Shown one piece after another: positions 24,990 through 39,499 of a stretch of DNA of 64,000 nt. Position numbers and translations under genes: made by a program. The stretch is from Chiloscyllium plagiosum. Lineage: Eukaryota. The first letter of the stretch is position 1. Each line of letters opens with the position of its first letter. The DNA lies in contig NC_057719.1 of assembly GCF_004010195.1 (NCBI RefSeq), positions 70,514,181 through 70,578,180 of the forward strand, given 5' to 3'. Below the pieces are notes generated by a model. That model made no database searches, was not told where the DNA came from, and was given only the letters and a program-made list of their open reading frames with translations.

Positions 24990-26070
24990 GACACAGTGAG
25001 AAAATCCATTTGGCCTTGCATTAAAAAACTCTCCAAAAAAAACCCCATGCAACTCAAACTTAACCAAAAAAATGTTTCAGCACACCATCTTTAATGAACT
25101 GTCAGTCCACATGAAATTCTGCCTTGTTGCTAAGGCTTATCTTAGAACTAATTGTGAAATCTCCTCTGGATGACCTGAAAATTTCAGAAGTAGTCCCACC
25201 ATGGCAGAGAGAAATTACTTTACAAATTCACACTGATTATCCCTGATTAATCCATTTTTGTCTAAGTGCAGATATGTGCTGTATCCCAGAAATCTTTCAA
25301 ATAACGTCCCCATTACTGAGGCCAGACTGACTCAGCATTAACTTCCTGGTCTATCTCTTTCACTCTTTTTTTAAACAATATTACCGGTACTACTAACATC
25401 TGCAAACTCACCTGTGACCAGAGAGGATTTGAAATTTACTGTAACGGCCACTGGTATCTCTCCCTTGCCTCCCTTGTTAATAATTTCTAATGTATCACAT
25501 GCCTCCATCTTGATGTCTAGATTACATCATCCTTTTCCATTGTGAAGACTGACTCGAAGTATTCAGCGTGGACTCTGCCCAAATCTCCTGGGTCCACACA
25601 CAGTCCACATACAGACAACTCTTTCCCTTGTTATTCTCTTGCTTCTTGTACCTTCTCAAACAAAACACGCACTGGGTTTTCCATTTTTTTTTACCTACCA
25701 GTGAATTCTCATGAACTCTTTTGCATTCCTAATTTCCTTTTAAAGTTTGCACATTTTATAGTCCTCTAGGACTATGCCATTTTGAGTCCTTGGTATCTGC
25801 CACAAACTTCTCTTTTTTCTTCAAATGAACCCTTATGCCTCTTGAAATCCATGTTTTTCAGCTCCTAGTCCCACTCTTTATCTTCACAGGAACATATTTG
25901 GCCTGTACTCACCTTGAATATCGCTCACTACTCTGACACAGTTTCATCTGCAAGAAGCTGTTCTCAATCCACTTGGGCCAAATCATACCTTAGTAAAATT
26001 AATCTCCTTCGTTTTGAGATTTTATTTCCAGCCTTTTCTTACCCTTTCCATAACCATCCTAAATCTGAGT
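24990..26070 (-). mobile_element. Old CR1 fragment(s)
   Basis: Degenerate similarity to CR1 ORF2 (tcccattactgaggccagactgact...ttcctgg; tgtgaagactgactcgaagtattc). Confidence 0.6.
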
Positions 26071-26079
26071 TAAATGGGA

Positions 26080-26720
26080 TACATTGAGAACAGATCTAAC
26101 AATTCAGCTCTGGGCATCCACAAGGCACTGTGGGTAATCAGCAGCTGTAGAACTATGTTCAGCCACAATCTGTTACCTAACTCCCCAGTAAGCAGAGTGA
26201 TTAACCTTGGTTCAACGAGGAGTGCAGGAGAGCATGTCAGGAACAGCACTTGGCATATATAAACATGAGGTGCCAACCTGATGGTACTACAGCACAGGAC
26301 AATACTCACATCACACAGCAGCAACAAGCAATAGCTAGAGCAAAGCAATTCCACAACTGATTAATCGGACCTTAGTCCTCTCATATCTAACCATGAATGG
26401 TGATAGACAACCAACAGGAGGAAGCTTTGCAAATCTCCTCAACCTCAGTGAAAGACAAGAGTGAATATTTCATAACAAACATCAGTGAAAACATGTTGAG
26501 TGGATGACCTACCTTGGCTGTCTCTTAAGTTCCCCAACATCTTAGATGCCAGTTTCAGTTCATTTGACACTAACAAACAGCTGAAGGTACTGGATACTAA
26601 CAAAGGCTATGGACCCTGGTGACATTGTGGTAATAATAGTAAGCACATGTTTCAGAACAAGCTACATTCCTAATCATACAGTTTCAGTACAGATACAACA
26701 CTAGCATATACCTCACCATG
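26080..26720 (+). mobile_element. Old CR1/L2-group LINE internal fragment
   Basis: gatactaacaaaggctatggaccctggtgacatt (K.A.GPD.I-like); gtggatgacctaccttggctgtctc. Confidence 0.5.
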
Positions 26721-28404
26721 TGCTGGTCAATATTGTTATACTATACTGTCTGTATCTCTCCTCTTGCTCCAAGGTGGACTGTAGCCCCTGGTCTCTCCAG
26801 CTGTGCATCCTTTGGGATGGCTAAGATCTACACAAGAACTCCATCTTTGGACACTTCAACCACTTAATGTATTAAAAACAGTTTACCTGAGTGCTCTTGT
26901 CGATGAGGTGAACAAAAGGACACAGAAATCAGATGGCAATTCAACTCAACTTTATAAGCAAAACATTTTTATTAAAAACACAATATGAGCATTTCACATA
27001 TACCCAAATATTTACTCTCTAACTGGCTCTGTCCATCTGAGAAATGATGTAACCCACAATGATCCGCATGCTTGAGCTGGTTTCCACTGTTCCCTATAGC
27101 TGATAACTGCTAACTGCTGTTTAATTTAGTTTGGCTAATTTTCTGTCAGGCCTGATTTCTCTGGCTTTGGATCAATTTAGATTATCCAGTTCTGGGCCTG
27201 TGGTAGCTTGACAACAAGAAGTGTTTGCTTTCAGTGGTCACACAGAAGTTGGACACTGAGCAAATGGAAGCTCTTCCTGTTGGTGAAGGGCACAAGTTGG
27301 TCTGTGGAAGCCTAGATAGCTACATGTCTGCAGTTAATCACACTCTGCAGCTGGAAGAGACCAGTGACGGCCCTAAACCCAATAGACCTTCCTGACTCAC
27401 TTCATTGGTTTGATATCATACATAGTTACTGCCCTCTTGAAAGGTTAATGGTTGACTGCTTATCTGCCAACACATTACAATCATGAGAGATCTCACCCAA
27501 GTTTCCTGTGGAACTCTGGAAAGATCTTGATGTTTAAAAGTTGAGGTCTAAGGGTATTCATAAGTAACACTGGTATTTATTGTGAACTAAACCCCATGGT
27601 TTATCCTGTAGCATGGCGCAGAGATCAGTGACTGGAAACCCTCAGTCTGCACTGACACTGTTGCTCACTAGATTTGGAGATAATTGTTCCTGATGTTTCT
27701 ACAATGTCCCAATAAGTAACAGATCCTGCTTGTTTCTGTGCTGTTCCTCCTCCTCAGTGTGAGGGGATTGAGCACAACCTGGGCTGTAAAATTTTCTTTG
27801 TTCTAAAACAAGCTGGATCAATCTCATACAGTTGGTCTGACTTTCTGTTGTCTTCTTTCTTTACAGTCCACCTTTGTCAAAACTTTCCCCTAGCTACTTC
27901 CTTTGGAGCAAGTGATACATCTTTTGATGTCCCTTACCGATGCTCCCTATTTCCCTGTTGGTGATCGCACATTCGCAGCAACAATTTCTGACTGTACCCC
28001 TTCCAATGGCATCCTACAATATCCCACTGTTGAATAGTCTCTTACCGATCTAGTAAAGATCAAGCCCTGACATCAACCCAAGAAGGGTGCAGAAAGTGAA
28101 AGCTATGATGCTCCTGCCTTTGGAATTGTCTTTGACAGTCTTATCACCTAAACAGTCATCAATTGTATTCAGAATTTAAATGCTGACTTCTGTTTCAAGT
28201 GTTATTTGAATGCGCTTTATTTAATTTGTGGGAAATTTCCAACACAACTGTTAAAATTGCAATAAAGTCATAATGTGTACCCAGCAGTGACAAGGATCAG
28301 ATTGATAGATATTTATTCTTGTACACTTCTTTCTGGCCATACTTTCTGTTATGAAATGCAATAACAAAAGTCACAGGATGAAGCCTTGAAATACATTTGG
28401 ACTT

Positions 28405-29990
28405 ATAATGGGGTTCCCCAGGGGTCAGTATTAGGACCCCTGCTTTCTTTAAATATGTTGACAATCTAAAATTTGATGTCCAGAACCCAGTTTCAAAATT
28501 TGCGAATGATCTGAAACATGAAGGTATTGTGAACAATGAGGATGAAAGTGTTAAACTTCAAAGGGTCAGAGACAAGATGGTCGAATATGTAGAGAGAGTG
28601 GCAGTTGAAATTTAATGCAGAGATGTATGAAGTGCTTCATTTTGGTAGGAAGAATTTGGAAAGACAATATAAAATAAAACCATTTGACAGGAGGGGGTGT
28701 GTAGTAGCAGAAGGACCTGGGAGCATATTGCATAAAATATTGGAGATGTCACGGCAGGTTGAAAGAATAATTTAGAAAGCATTTGACATCCAAAACTACA
28801 TAAAGAGCATTAAGATTCATGTTTTTTTATGACAAAGCTACCATTCCCTTTGCCTTTTGATCCATGATATTTTTGTCATTTAAACTTGCCTACCTTTAAT
28901 CTGTCTCTGACATTCCCTTTTAGTTTATGATCTTTCCCTGTATTTTTTCAACGACCTTGAACCAATCAAATGTCCACCTCTCTTCTTTTCCAAAGGATGC
29001 ATATTTGATTTGAAACAGTAACTCTGTTTCTTCAAAAATGCTGCCAGACTTGCTGACCTCCAACTGGAGTATTGTCCTATTCTGGGCACTGCACTTTAGG
29101 AAGGAAGACAAACTTAGACTAGTGTTGAAGAAAGTCAGTTATAAAGTTTTGATGGCACAGTGATCTAAAATGGAATGGAAACTAGTTTAAAAGATAGAAT
29201 GCTAGAGCAGACTTGTATGGAGCTATTAATAACATTAGAAGAGAGAGAGAGAGAGACTCTAAGAAGACTGCATCATCTGTGACTAAATAAGTAAGTTAAT
29301 GATGGTATCAAATTGAAAGAAACACTGTTCAAATCAGCAAATATTACTGATAGGTCAACAGATAGGTACGATTTTAAGAACTAGTCAATAATGATTAAAA
29401 ACATGAGAAAAAGAGAAACTAGAGTTCGAGAGAAAGTGAGCTAATAATATAAAACAGTTAGTAAGAGTTTCTACAAGCATTCAAATTGAAAAAGGGTAAG
29501 TAAATTTAGTGTTGGCCCTCTAGAGAATGAATCTAGACTATTGATAATCGATTACAGGGTAATAGCAAATATATTGAACAGGTATTTTAAATCTGGCTTA
29601 ACTGTGGAAGACATAGAAAACATTCCAAAGATACTTGAAAATTAAGAGATGAATGAGAGGCAGGAACTTAAAACAATCACCATTAACACAAAAAAGGTGT
29701 TGGTAAAACTATTAGACCTGAAAGTTGGCAAGTCTCAAAAACCAGATGACTTGCATTTGAAGTCATTAAAAAGTGCCTGCAGTGAAAGTTGAAGCATTGG
29801 TTATAGTCTTCCAAAATTCTTTCAATTCTGGACCAATCCTAGTCAATTGGAAACTATCAAAGGTAACACCTTTATTCAAGATGGGAAGGAGACAAGAAAC
29901 AAGAAATTATGAGTCAGTTACCCTAAAGTCTGTAATAGGGTAATTGATAGAACTTACAAAATCACAATGTAATCAGGCAAAGTCAATGTG
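28405..29990 (+). mobile_element. Old CR1 fragments with a PLE-tail remnant (about 28880-29065)
   Basis: GVPQGSVLGPLLS...SKFANDLK; tgaaacagtaactctgtttc...tgctgccagacttgctg. Confidence 0.7.
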
Positions 29991-32900
29991 GTAATTAATG
30001 ATGGCTTTGCTAGGAATGTCCATATTCAAACAACATTTTAAAAAAAAACTTAGAAAGTATGGGGAAAGAATTATTACCCAAGTTCCCCATGGTATATTGT
30101 ATTAATAAATCAATGACTTGACAAAGGAACACTGCTCTAGCAGTAGCAGAACTAAATATCATTCAGACAACATTAGTTTGACTCCCACACTGCTCAGATA
30201 TAACCTCAGGCTGTATTTGAATGCAATATTTAATCCACAAGAGCACCTCTAGCAATTTTCAATAACAGGGGGCCATATTACTGGTATTTCAACAAGACAG
30301 GTCTTGTCTGTATATTTCCAACAAAACCTTGCCAAAATCATTATTTATCTCAAAGCAAGTTTAGTTTTATGCAGCAAAAGAAGTAAGAATCTAAATGTTA
30401 TGTTGAACTGTCTTTGTGCTTTTAAGACATTCCACAAAATGATTTTGAAAATAAAAAATGAGTTAATTCTGACAGGAAAGTGGCTTGAGTGTTAGATGCG
30501 ACATTGTCTGGACTGTAATAGCATGTTTGAAAATGTAGCAAGACAATGTTAACAGCCTTATAAAATTATCAGTGAATCAATTTCTTGGTTTTTCTTAAAA
30601 CACATTTCGGTAAGATTGAGAATGGTTAAGTTTTCTGATTTCAGGAAAGGCTGTTGCTTGTACATTTTCATCATTGTTTTATTTTTACTAATATGAAAAT
30701 AAATATTGGACAGTAACATGTGCTACACTATTTTATACATTTGTAACCCTGTCTGAAGAATCCCTGGGAACCAATGCTCAGTCTCTATTAATGTCTTAGT
30801 CCCAGGAAACCACAGCCCATTCTCTCCTATAATTAATCTTTCAGGTATAGCTTTGACATTATTGGTTCACCAGCAGAGCAGAACTGCCTCAGCCATCAAT
30901 AATAATTCAGTGCATTAGTATGAAGCCTATATACCCCTCGAGGCAGCTAAACTGCCTGAAGCCTATTGCATTCACTTTATAGTGCATCCAAATGGACATT
31001 CACAATGTTTATTTATTGCCTTCCTTTCAGATCCTTAAAGTACAATTACTGAACTCACTAAATTTGCAATTACATTTGAAGTGCTCAGTGCGTTTTCTTT
31101 ACAGAAATGATTGCAATGGTGCAGAAAACATAGCAATAGCCTATTAACTGTTATTTGCAAGACTAAAAAGCTTTGTCACAGATGGTATGGGTAAAACAAA
31201 AGGGTTGTGGAATTAATTAATTCTATCATGATGAAGCTGTCTGAGAATTGCACAGCTCTGTGAGGGTGACATTTCTTTGTCCCTATATTTATGATCACTT
31301 GGGCTCAGATACCCACTGGAGAGATCAGAGTTGAATATGGCAGCCTTCTATCACTGGATAATGGACAAAATCTAATTTAAACCGAAAAAGTTCATTTAAC
31401 CTCTGTCTTTTCAGCACGTCACAAGTAGTTCTCTTAACAGACTTAAAACAGTCATTCATCCATTAATTTCTCACGGTTACCTGACTTTTCTATTAGTACA
31501 AGATATTCTGACAGTAATCCGGGAAATTAAAATCTATTTTTATTATTAGTTCGTAAGTTTTCATTTTGAAATAACAAATGATAGCTATTAAACATAAGCA
31601 TAGTAAATAGCCAGAAGAAAAGAAATTGCTCAGATAACCATTAACAGGGGTAGTTTAGAAGATAAGAGATGAACTCATGCTTAACACGGAATGGGAAAAA
31701 TACAAACATTTAAAAATAAAACAGCTGAATTAGCTTCACATCTAGTGAGATCTGGGACAAAAACAAACTGTTCAATATGGGTTCAATAATCACTGTGGTA
31801 GAGTTGGATGCTGCTTATATAGGTGCTTTTAAATATCATCCACATTACAATAAGCATCACAGGCTGAATTTTCTGCATTCCTAGCAAGGTGTCCTATGCA
31901 TGTCTGCACAACAGGGTCCACACATAGAGTAACATTCTTTGAGCAGAAATTGCATTTTGCCTCATCTGTCCACTCAGTACCAATAAGATTGCTTTAATCA
32001 ACAATTTAATGTCAATACATATATAAATTAGGAGACCAATATAAACTGCCTAAAATGCATCTTGTTTACTGCAGTCCTTCAACTGCTTGTGTGCTAGAAC
32101 TTCTCTTGCCATTTAAGCTTCCATCACTCTTGCTGTAAGCAGCTATCTATTTATCTCAAACCTATCTACTAATGCAAACATAAGCAATGGGCATTATTTA
32201 CAAGGAGAAATCAGAATGTGGCAAACCCAATGTTTTTACATCTTAAGGTTGTTGAAATTGGGTCAGAAAGAACAGCCACAGAAGTCCTCGTTTAAAAATG
32301 TAATTCAGAGCAATTTTCCAGAACTACCTTTCCTCTGTCACTTTCTATTATATATCCATATTGTTATCCCTGATGTCTTCTTTCAGGGTTGAGAAAACAT
32401 GTTTTTACCAATCTGTGTTTCAGTTAGCTAGAGGAGGCGATTGTTTTAGGGATCAGAAAATGCTGTGTTTTTGTGTCTAACATTGATTAGTTTCAATATT
32501 AAAATATAATTTAAACAAATCTTAAACAACATTATTGTTTGTTTAGAAACCAAATATTTGATTTTTCACAGAGAAGATATTTAAAATTTCCTGCAATAAC
32601 AAGTGGTGAGTAGCATTTTCTTGCTGTATAGATCTGAAATATGGTTAATACCGTGACATGCATCACTAAGTCAATAAACGTTGAAAAGAACTAGCCGCAC
32701 ATTCTCTCAAAAGTATCTAACTTGACACAAGTAGAACAGGGAAGTTCCATTTGTGCAGAGTATTTTTTACCCTTGCTAGCTGACCTATACATAAAATCTC
32801 CTTGAAAGTGAGCTGGTGGTGTGGACTAGATAATTGATGCTGTTCTTTGTATAGTTTCTCTTCTGGCAAATGGGAATGCCATTTTAGGTACCAACACCAT

Positions 32901-33999
32901 TTAAAGATATGGTTATTGCATCTAACAGCAGATTAACAGGTGCTGGTATTAGCAGCAGATGAGTGTTTAAATATACAGCTGGTAATGTATTAGAAACTGT
33001 TGCACAGTCTCAGTAAGCTGCTATTTGCATGGCACCATAATGTAAGTACAGTTCTGTCTGTAATTTTAATCAACTCTTCTATTTTAATGAGATTATTTTA
33101 TGACTAGCAAAGGAATTTGAGCAACATAATAATTAAACACAAGCAGAAATGATATAGGTTAACAATACTTCTCCCATTATGTGGTGTTTTGCATCAGGTT
33201 CTAATTCATAACTTAAGGCCAGAAAAATACTAAATACCTCCTCTAATAGCTTAATCGGTGTATTCACCATCAGGTAAGTTATCGACCTCTAAAGATCAGG
33301 AAGATTTCAGCACTTGTCCCTGCTCCATTTTGACTTAGCTGAGATGGCACATTGGGCAGATGATTAGATTCAGTGTCCCTGAGGAGGAGAGGTTAGGGGA
33401 AAAGGAAAACTATGTTGTTTTCCTGATCATTGTCTACTGACCTCTGCTGGGAAATTTGTGTATCTGGCTGTTGAAGTTATGGATATAGCTGTGATATGTT
33501 GAGCAGTAAAATCCCCAACTATCATTCACTTTCTGAACTCCAGGACAATTGAATAATTGCATTAGCAGATAGACACCACTAGCTGTGAAAGTATATCCCA
33601 ACAAAGATTAACAATCTCAGGAGGAGATAGAAAGAAACAGAAACCAAAAAGAAACAAAAGAAATCCTGAGATACCCTCCAAACCAATGTTATGATGAATG
33701 TTCTTATATCTGTTAAACAAATTTCATAAAATAGATCAGAATCTTTGCAGACACTGAACAGTATTGGCATTGGCAAGGAAGTTTGGAAAATTGAATCCGA
33801 TTAGTAGTCAAGAGCTTCTCAAGAGCAAAGAATCCCATTTTCCAATTGAGTGTTGAAAGGTGAGAGAGAGTTCTCACAAGTGAGAAGTGAGAGGCCTATT
33901 TTCATCCATTAAATGTATTCATCTTATTGTCTCATCTCACTTATATGCATTTTCTCATCTCCCACCAGCCAGAGAGAAGCAATTCCCAATGTGAAAGTC

Positions 34000-36900
34000 A
34001 AAGGGGTTAGCTAGCGAATCTAGTTCACAGTTTGCACCTCTGGCACTCCATCTTGGACACCAGTCATCAACATCTCACAGCACACTTCATGGGCTTTGAT
34101 TGCATTGTTTCCTGTCCACTGACTTTGGAATCTGACATGTACTTGCCTCACCTTGTGGCACATCTCTGATCTGCTTGCTAGAGCCATAGGCTCACAGTAT
34201 CTCTGCCTTAATGTAGCTTTTAGTGCAGTGGCAAAGCCAGGCAGATTTTCATAGCTGTCAACAGTCACCAATCAAGGGAGTGGACATGTTAGTGTATAGC
34301 ACCATGTGACATTTATCTCACGCCTGCATCTGGTGCCAGCAGTGTACTTGGGAAACGTTCTGCAACAACCACATTGGCATGCATCAACAAGTAAGGGGAG
34401 CGAGTCAAGTCAGGGAAACACGCTTCAGTCAAGGTATTCTGGCACAGTGAGTCAAGGGAAGCTTGTGATACCAGTCCAGGTCAGTTAGATACTTACGTTA
34501 CAAATGATTGGAGTGGTCAGAAGTCCACATCTCTATAGTCCAGGAATGGGCCATGGTGTGAGTCCAGTGCAAACAGTCAATAAGATGTCTAGCTGTCAAT
34601 CCACTCAGTCAAGGGGTGCCGTACAGGCAGTCCTGGAGCTGTTTCTCTTCAAAGTCAAGGAGGGGACTGTCAGGGTCGGTGCTGTCATTGGCAAACTGGG
34701 GGACTCAACTGTGAGATTTGGAGGATGCAAAGAATTACAATTGTGATGGGGGCTAGGGTAAAGGGGGAGCTGGGATGGGGGTGCTGTAAGTCAGCATATA
34801 AAGGGGGAAACAACAGACTATGGGAGGGCAAGGGCAACAAGCATTGGAAATGAATGAGGGGAGTCATCCAAAGTCAGTACCAACCCATCTTCAACGGGAG
34901 ACAGTGCATTCCTATTTCTGGCATGATGCTTCAATATAGCTGGGGCTCAGGAATTAAAGTGAGGACACGAACAGTTACATAAACCATTTGGATGGCAGTG
35001 TGGGGAAATTTAGATCTGAAAGGTTGACCACGAGCTCTAACAAGAAGGCAATGTGTTACTTTGGAAGGAAAGGGTCACTTAGACAGAGAGACTAAGGTTG
35101 TGATTCACACTGTGAAGCTCATCTGCTGTTCGCCTTCCATCATGATGCAAATAACAAGTGAACAGTGAACACCACACCACACCCAGGGTGGGGAGGGTGA
35201 GGCTTCAGGTTCCTACAATGTGAGGCCCTTCATTGGCGACGTTGCTAATTCTTTGAGGTCCTTTCCTATCTGTGAATGAGAATGTGACTGGTCTCCAATG
35301 AGTACCAGCAATTTGCAGACGTTGCTTTTATCAATCAGTTGCAAAGATGTAGTGATGATGTGGTCACCAGCACACACTCCTGACTCGAATCCAGCTAATG
35401 TAACCACTGGGATGCCAGTATCTGAATTGGCAGAGGGTGCAGCAGACAGCCTTGCTGGTGCATTGTCTGGGGAATCTCAGCTATGGGAGAGTAGATGTCT
35501 TGCTGGGCCGCTTGGCTACTGAGACTGCGATGACACTTGATCCTGCAGATGACAAAAGAGAGAATGTGTCGCAAACAAGGGGTAGAAGCTCTTTTGTATT
35601 TGGAATGTCAGTATCGAGAGAGCATAACACCCATGGACATTGAGTTTTATGTGGTTGCCAGACCACTGTAGGACCACCCACAGTCTTCACCGTCCAGGGC
35701 CAGTTACCCTTCTTGTAGGGTTTCAGAAGCCGAAGTTTGGGCACCCATCTTGGTTCTATTCATCCAACTGTGGGCCATTGTCTCATGGACAGAGACAAAA
35801 GAGGAATTAAAAGGCAAATCAGGGCAGGACTTATACACTTAATAGATGTAGGAAAATAGGTCTGGGTGGGTTACTCTTCGGAGGGTAGGTATGGACTTGT
35901 TGGATCAAATGGCCTGTTTCCACACTGTAGGGAATCTAATCTAATCCTGGGGAGTGTTGCTGAATAAAGAGATCTTGGAGTGTAGGTTCATAGTTCCTTG
36001 AAAGTACAGTCATAGATAGTTAGGATAGTGAAGAAGGTGTTTGGTATGCTTTTCTTTATTGGTCAGAGCATTGAGTGTAGGTGTTGGGAGGTCATGTTGT
36101 GACTGTACAGGACATTGGTTAGGCCACTTTTGGCATACTGTGTGCAATTCTGGTCTCTCTGCTATATGGAGGATGCTGTGAATCTTGAAAAGGGTTCGGA
36201 AAAGATTTACAAGGATGTTGCCAGAGTTGGAGGGCTTGAGCTATAGGAAGAGGTTGCTTAGGCTGGAGCCATGTTCCCTGGAGCTTTGGAGACTATGAGG
36301 TGACCTGATAAAAGTTGATAAAATCATGAGGGGTATGAATAGGCTAAATAGACAAGGTCTTTTCCTGAGGTGGGAGAGTCTGAAACTAGAGGGCATAGGT
36401 TTAAGGTAAGAGAAGAAAGATTTAAAAGGGACCTAAGGGCCTATTCATGCAGAGGTTGGTGCCTGTGTGGAATGAGCTGCCAGAGAAAGTGGTGGAGGCT
36501 GGTATGATTACATCATTTAAAAGGCATCTGAATGTATATATGAATAGGAAGAGTTTAGAGGGATATGGGACAAATGCTGGCAAATGGGACTAGGTTAATT
36601 CAGGATGTCTGGTTGGCATGGATGAGTTGGACCAAAGGGTCTGTTTTCGTGCTGTATATCTGTGTGACTCTATGAGTGTAAGTATGATGAAAATGACTGG
36701 CACAGCTATTAGTACTGGTGCAGACGGGGGGAAAGTGGTGAGATTTCCTCAGTGAATAAGTTGGCAGTACAGAGGGCATGCAGAGTTCATTGCCTGGTGC
36801 ATTGTGTTGGGTGTGAGTAAGTGAGGGGAGGAGTGCTTGTAATAGAGAGAGTTGTAGACCATCAACCTTGGTGCAGTGTGTGCTTTGTAACAAAGATAGA

Positions 36901-37235
36901 GTGAGCGTGAGATAGCAGACGAGAATAGCAGCCCTCCTGCAGTGAAGTAGGTCATTGGTTTTCTTCCTGCATTTCTGGGTATTCCTCCAGGCCCTGGATA
37001 TAGTACTCACTTGTCTGGCAACCTAAGACCAGGCTGGCAGGATCTGGTGCCATGGCCTCCTCTACCAGTGCTGGAGAAAGAGGACAACCATCCTCTACAC
37101 CACCCCATTCGCCTGGCACTCCAGGTTCTTGTCTACTCAGTTGGGTGCCAATCTCCCTTTGTCAGATAGGTCTGGGCCAAATGACATGAACCGTGCAAAC
37201 ACCTCCGGACTGACATTACTCGACCTGGAGCACAA
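34000..37235 (-). mobile_element. Harbinger element remnant carrying an intron-containing Myb/SANT-like gene fossil
   Basis: Exon at about 36945-37160: KGRLAPN*VDKNLE...VLFLQ...ILPAWS*VARQVSTISRAWRNTQKCRKKTNDLLH; next exon at about 35660-35770: ETMAHSWMNRTKMG...LRLLKPYKK; acceptor-like ctcttttgtcatctgcag at about 35543-35565; left boundary uncertain. Confidence 0.72.
35778..36675 (+). mobile_element. CR1 3' end inserted in the Harbinger intron, itself carrying an HE1 3' fragment (about 35845-35945)
   Basis: LYRTLVRPLLAYCVQFWS...; tail ggaccaaagggtctgttttcgtgctgtatatctgtgtgactctatga. Confidence 0.9.
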
Positions 37236-37247
37236 ATCCATTTTAAA

Positions 37248-37471
37248 TACATTCGGTTATGCTATATCACAATAGTTCTGTTCTCGTGCGATCCCGTGTT
37301 ATAAGAAAGTTGTGCAATAGTAGCACCATGAAAATAAATGGGGCTGAAATTGCATTATAGCCAATACATGCTTTAAAAGTTCGCATTTTAGAAAGATTGT
37401 CCCCAATTTGTCAATCCTGTCATTGTAAATCTGCATTAACAAAATGAGTATTATAGCAGAACAACCTGTAT
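37248..37471. mobile_element. Tc1/Tigger-like MITE (tentative)
   Basis: Imperfect terminal inverted repeats TAcattcggttatgctata / tatagcagaacaacctgTA. Confidence 0.45.
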
Positions 37472-38332
37472 AACACGACACCAGGCAATACACAAAGTCT
37501 CAGCAGTCAGAGAATCCAATGAGCAGAAAATCAAAAGGATGTGATTTTCAAATAGTACGACAAGTTCAGGAAGATAGAGTGAAAAATATTTCCAGGTCTC
37601 ATGGAGAGAAACCTTTCAAGAAACCCAGCAAAATTGAGACTTAGCTAACTGAGCCAAATTCAGCCAATAGTTCTGTGTGTCAGTCCAATAAAATCTTGCA
37701 GCCGATTATAAGTCTTATTTGAGTCCATTCTTTTGGTGCTTAGATCTGTAGTAGAATATTGAACTTTGAAATGTTTATTTCTGTTCAAATCTATGTTGGA
37801 ATTATATTTTTGGCCCATCACAGTCTTACAGCAAGCAGAATCTGTAATCTGTCTGCAAACTGCTGTATTTATCTCAGATATATTGAGTGGGTACATTTGG
37901 GACATGGATTGGATTATCTGAGTTATAGCTGGATACACATTGTGCCAGCAGCATTTCTACTTCAATATTATTTAATGCCAACATTAAACCTCTGCAACAT
38001 TCAAGGCAACATCATCCAATTTAAAATGGTGATGTTCAGTAGTATGTTGACAATGGGCAGTGATCTACTGTGAACTCTAAAATATAGTCTCTGGAGATAG
38101 CTTGCTTTCAATATTGTATTTTTCCACTATTTCCAACAAATCATCTGATACATATTGAAATAACAGTCTCTTGGTGTCTACAGGAATTATTGTCTGTGAT
38201 GTGTGGCCAACTACGACCAGCTTGTGTTTGGAGTAGTTTTTTGCTACTGTCCTTTTCTCTTGATTGGGTAAAGGGGCCTACTTGGTTACAAACTCCTAGT
38301 AAACTCCACCAAGAAGAAGGTCTTGTCACAGG

Positions 38333-38575
38333 GTCATAGAGTTATACAGCACAGAAATACACCCTTCAGTCCATCTTGTCCACACCGATGAGGTATCCTA
38401 AACTGATCTTATCCATTTTGCCAGTATTTGGTCCATACCCCTCTAAACCCTTCCTATTCATGGACCCGTGATGACTTTTAAATGTTGTAATTGTACTAGC
38501 CTTCACCACTTCTTCTGCAAGCTCGTTCCTTGCACGCACTACCCTCTGCATAAAAACATTGCCCCTCATGTCTCT
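38333..38575 (-). mobile_element. CR1 3' end
   Basis: FMQRVVRARNELAEEVVKASTITTFK. Confidence 0.88.
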
Positions 38576-39499
38576 TTCAACAATACACAATGTAATTATT
38601 TGATAGAACAAACTTTAAAACTGCTGAAAAAAACACATTTTGTCAAAGTTTTTCATCTTTTATTCATCAAATTCACAAGATATACCAAATTCAAGGGAAA
38701 ATAACATTAATGCTGTTTAAAAGGAGAATGCAGATTGGTGAGCAAGTTGATACTGATTGGTAGAGACTCTCCGATAAACAATGCATCAGTTAATTATGAC
38801 TGACAGTTAACTGACAAGCTTTGATTAAATTTTAAACAGGTGGATTGAATCTGATTGATCGTTTTGAGAAATGGATGAGAAAATGTCTGATCCATGTTCT
38901 GTATAGCTGAAACAGGCACAATTTGTATGCATGTTCTTTCTGCTATCAAATAACCTAAACGAATGCACATAGCTTTCAGTGCATTCAACTGTACCACACT
39001 GTGAGCCCAATTAAAAGTAACACTTAATTACACGATAACAATTAGTTACAAGTACATCAGCAGGTTAGGCTTTATTATGAAAATTATTGTCAGGCGTGTA
39101 TACAAGTACTTCACTCTACAAAATCCTAAGACATTCTTGCTTTCACCACCCAAGTCCTTATGGAATCAGCAGGCTGGGGGTCTCTAATGCAATCCCCAAC
39201 ATCATTTCCCCCTCCAAGCCTTTCTCCCATTGTTAACACTTCTATTTGCGTGCAATTATACCACTTTGCCGACCAAGCAACTTTCTCCCCAAGACTAACT
39301 TCACATTTTCAGGTGGTCTGGACATTTCATAAATTTTTCAGTACACATTCTCATCAGATTTGGAAGATTGATAGGTCTTTAGATGGAGGAATATTAACAT
39401 TGAGAATATTTTTGACCCGATGTAGTCTGTAGAGGCAATACCTACTGAGGGTTTCATTCTCACTAAAACAAATTGTTGGCTCATTATCTTACCTGAAGA

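Noticed and set aside
31029..31190. Plus-strand exon candidate (tttacag...gtatgg)
   Set aside because: Stop codons in all three frames
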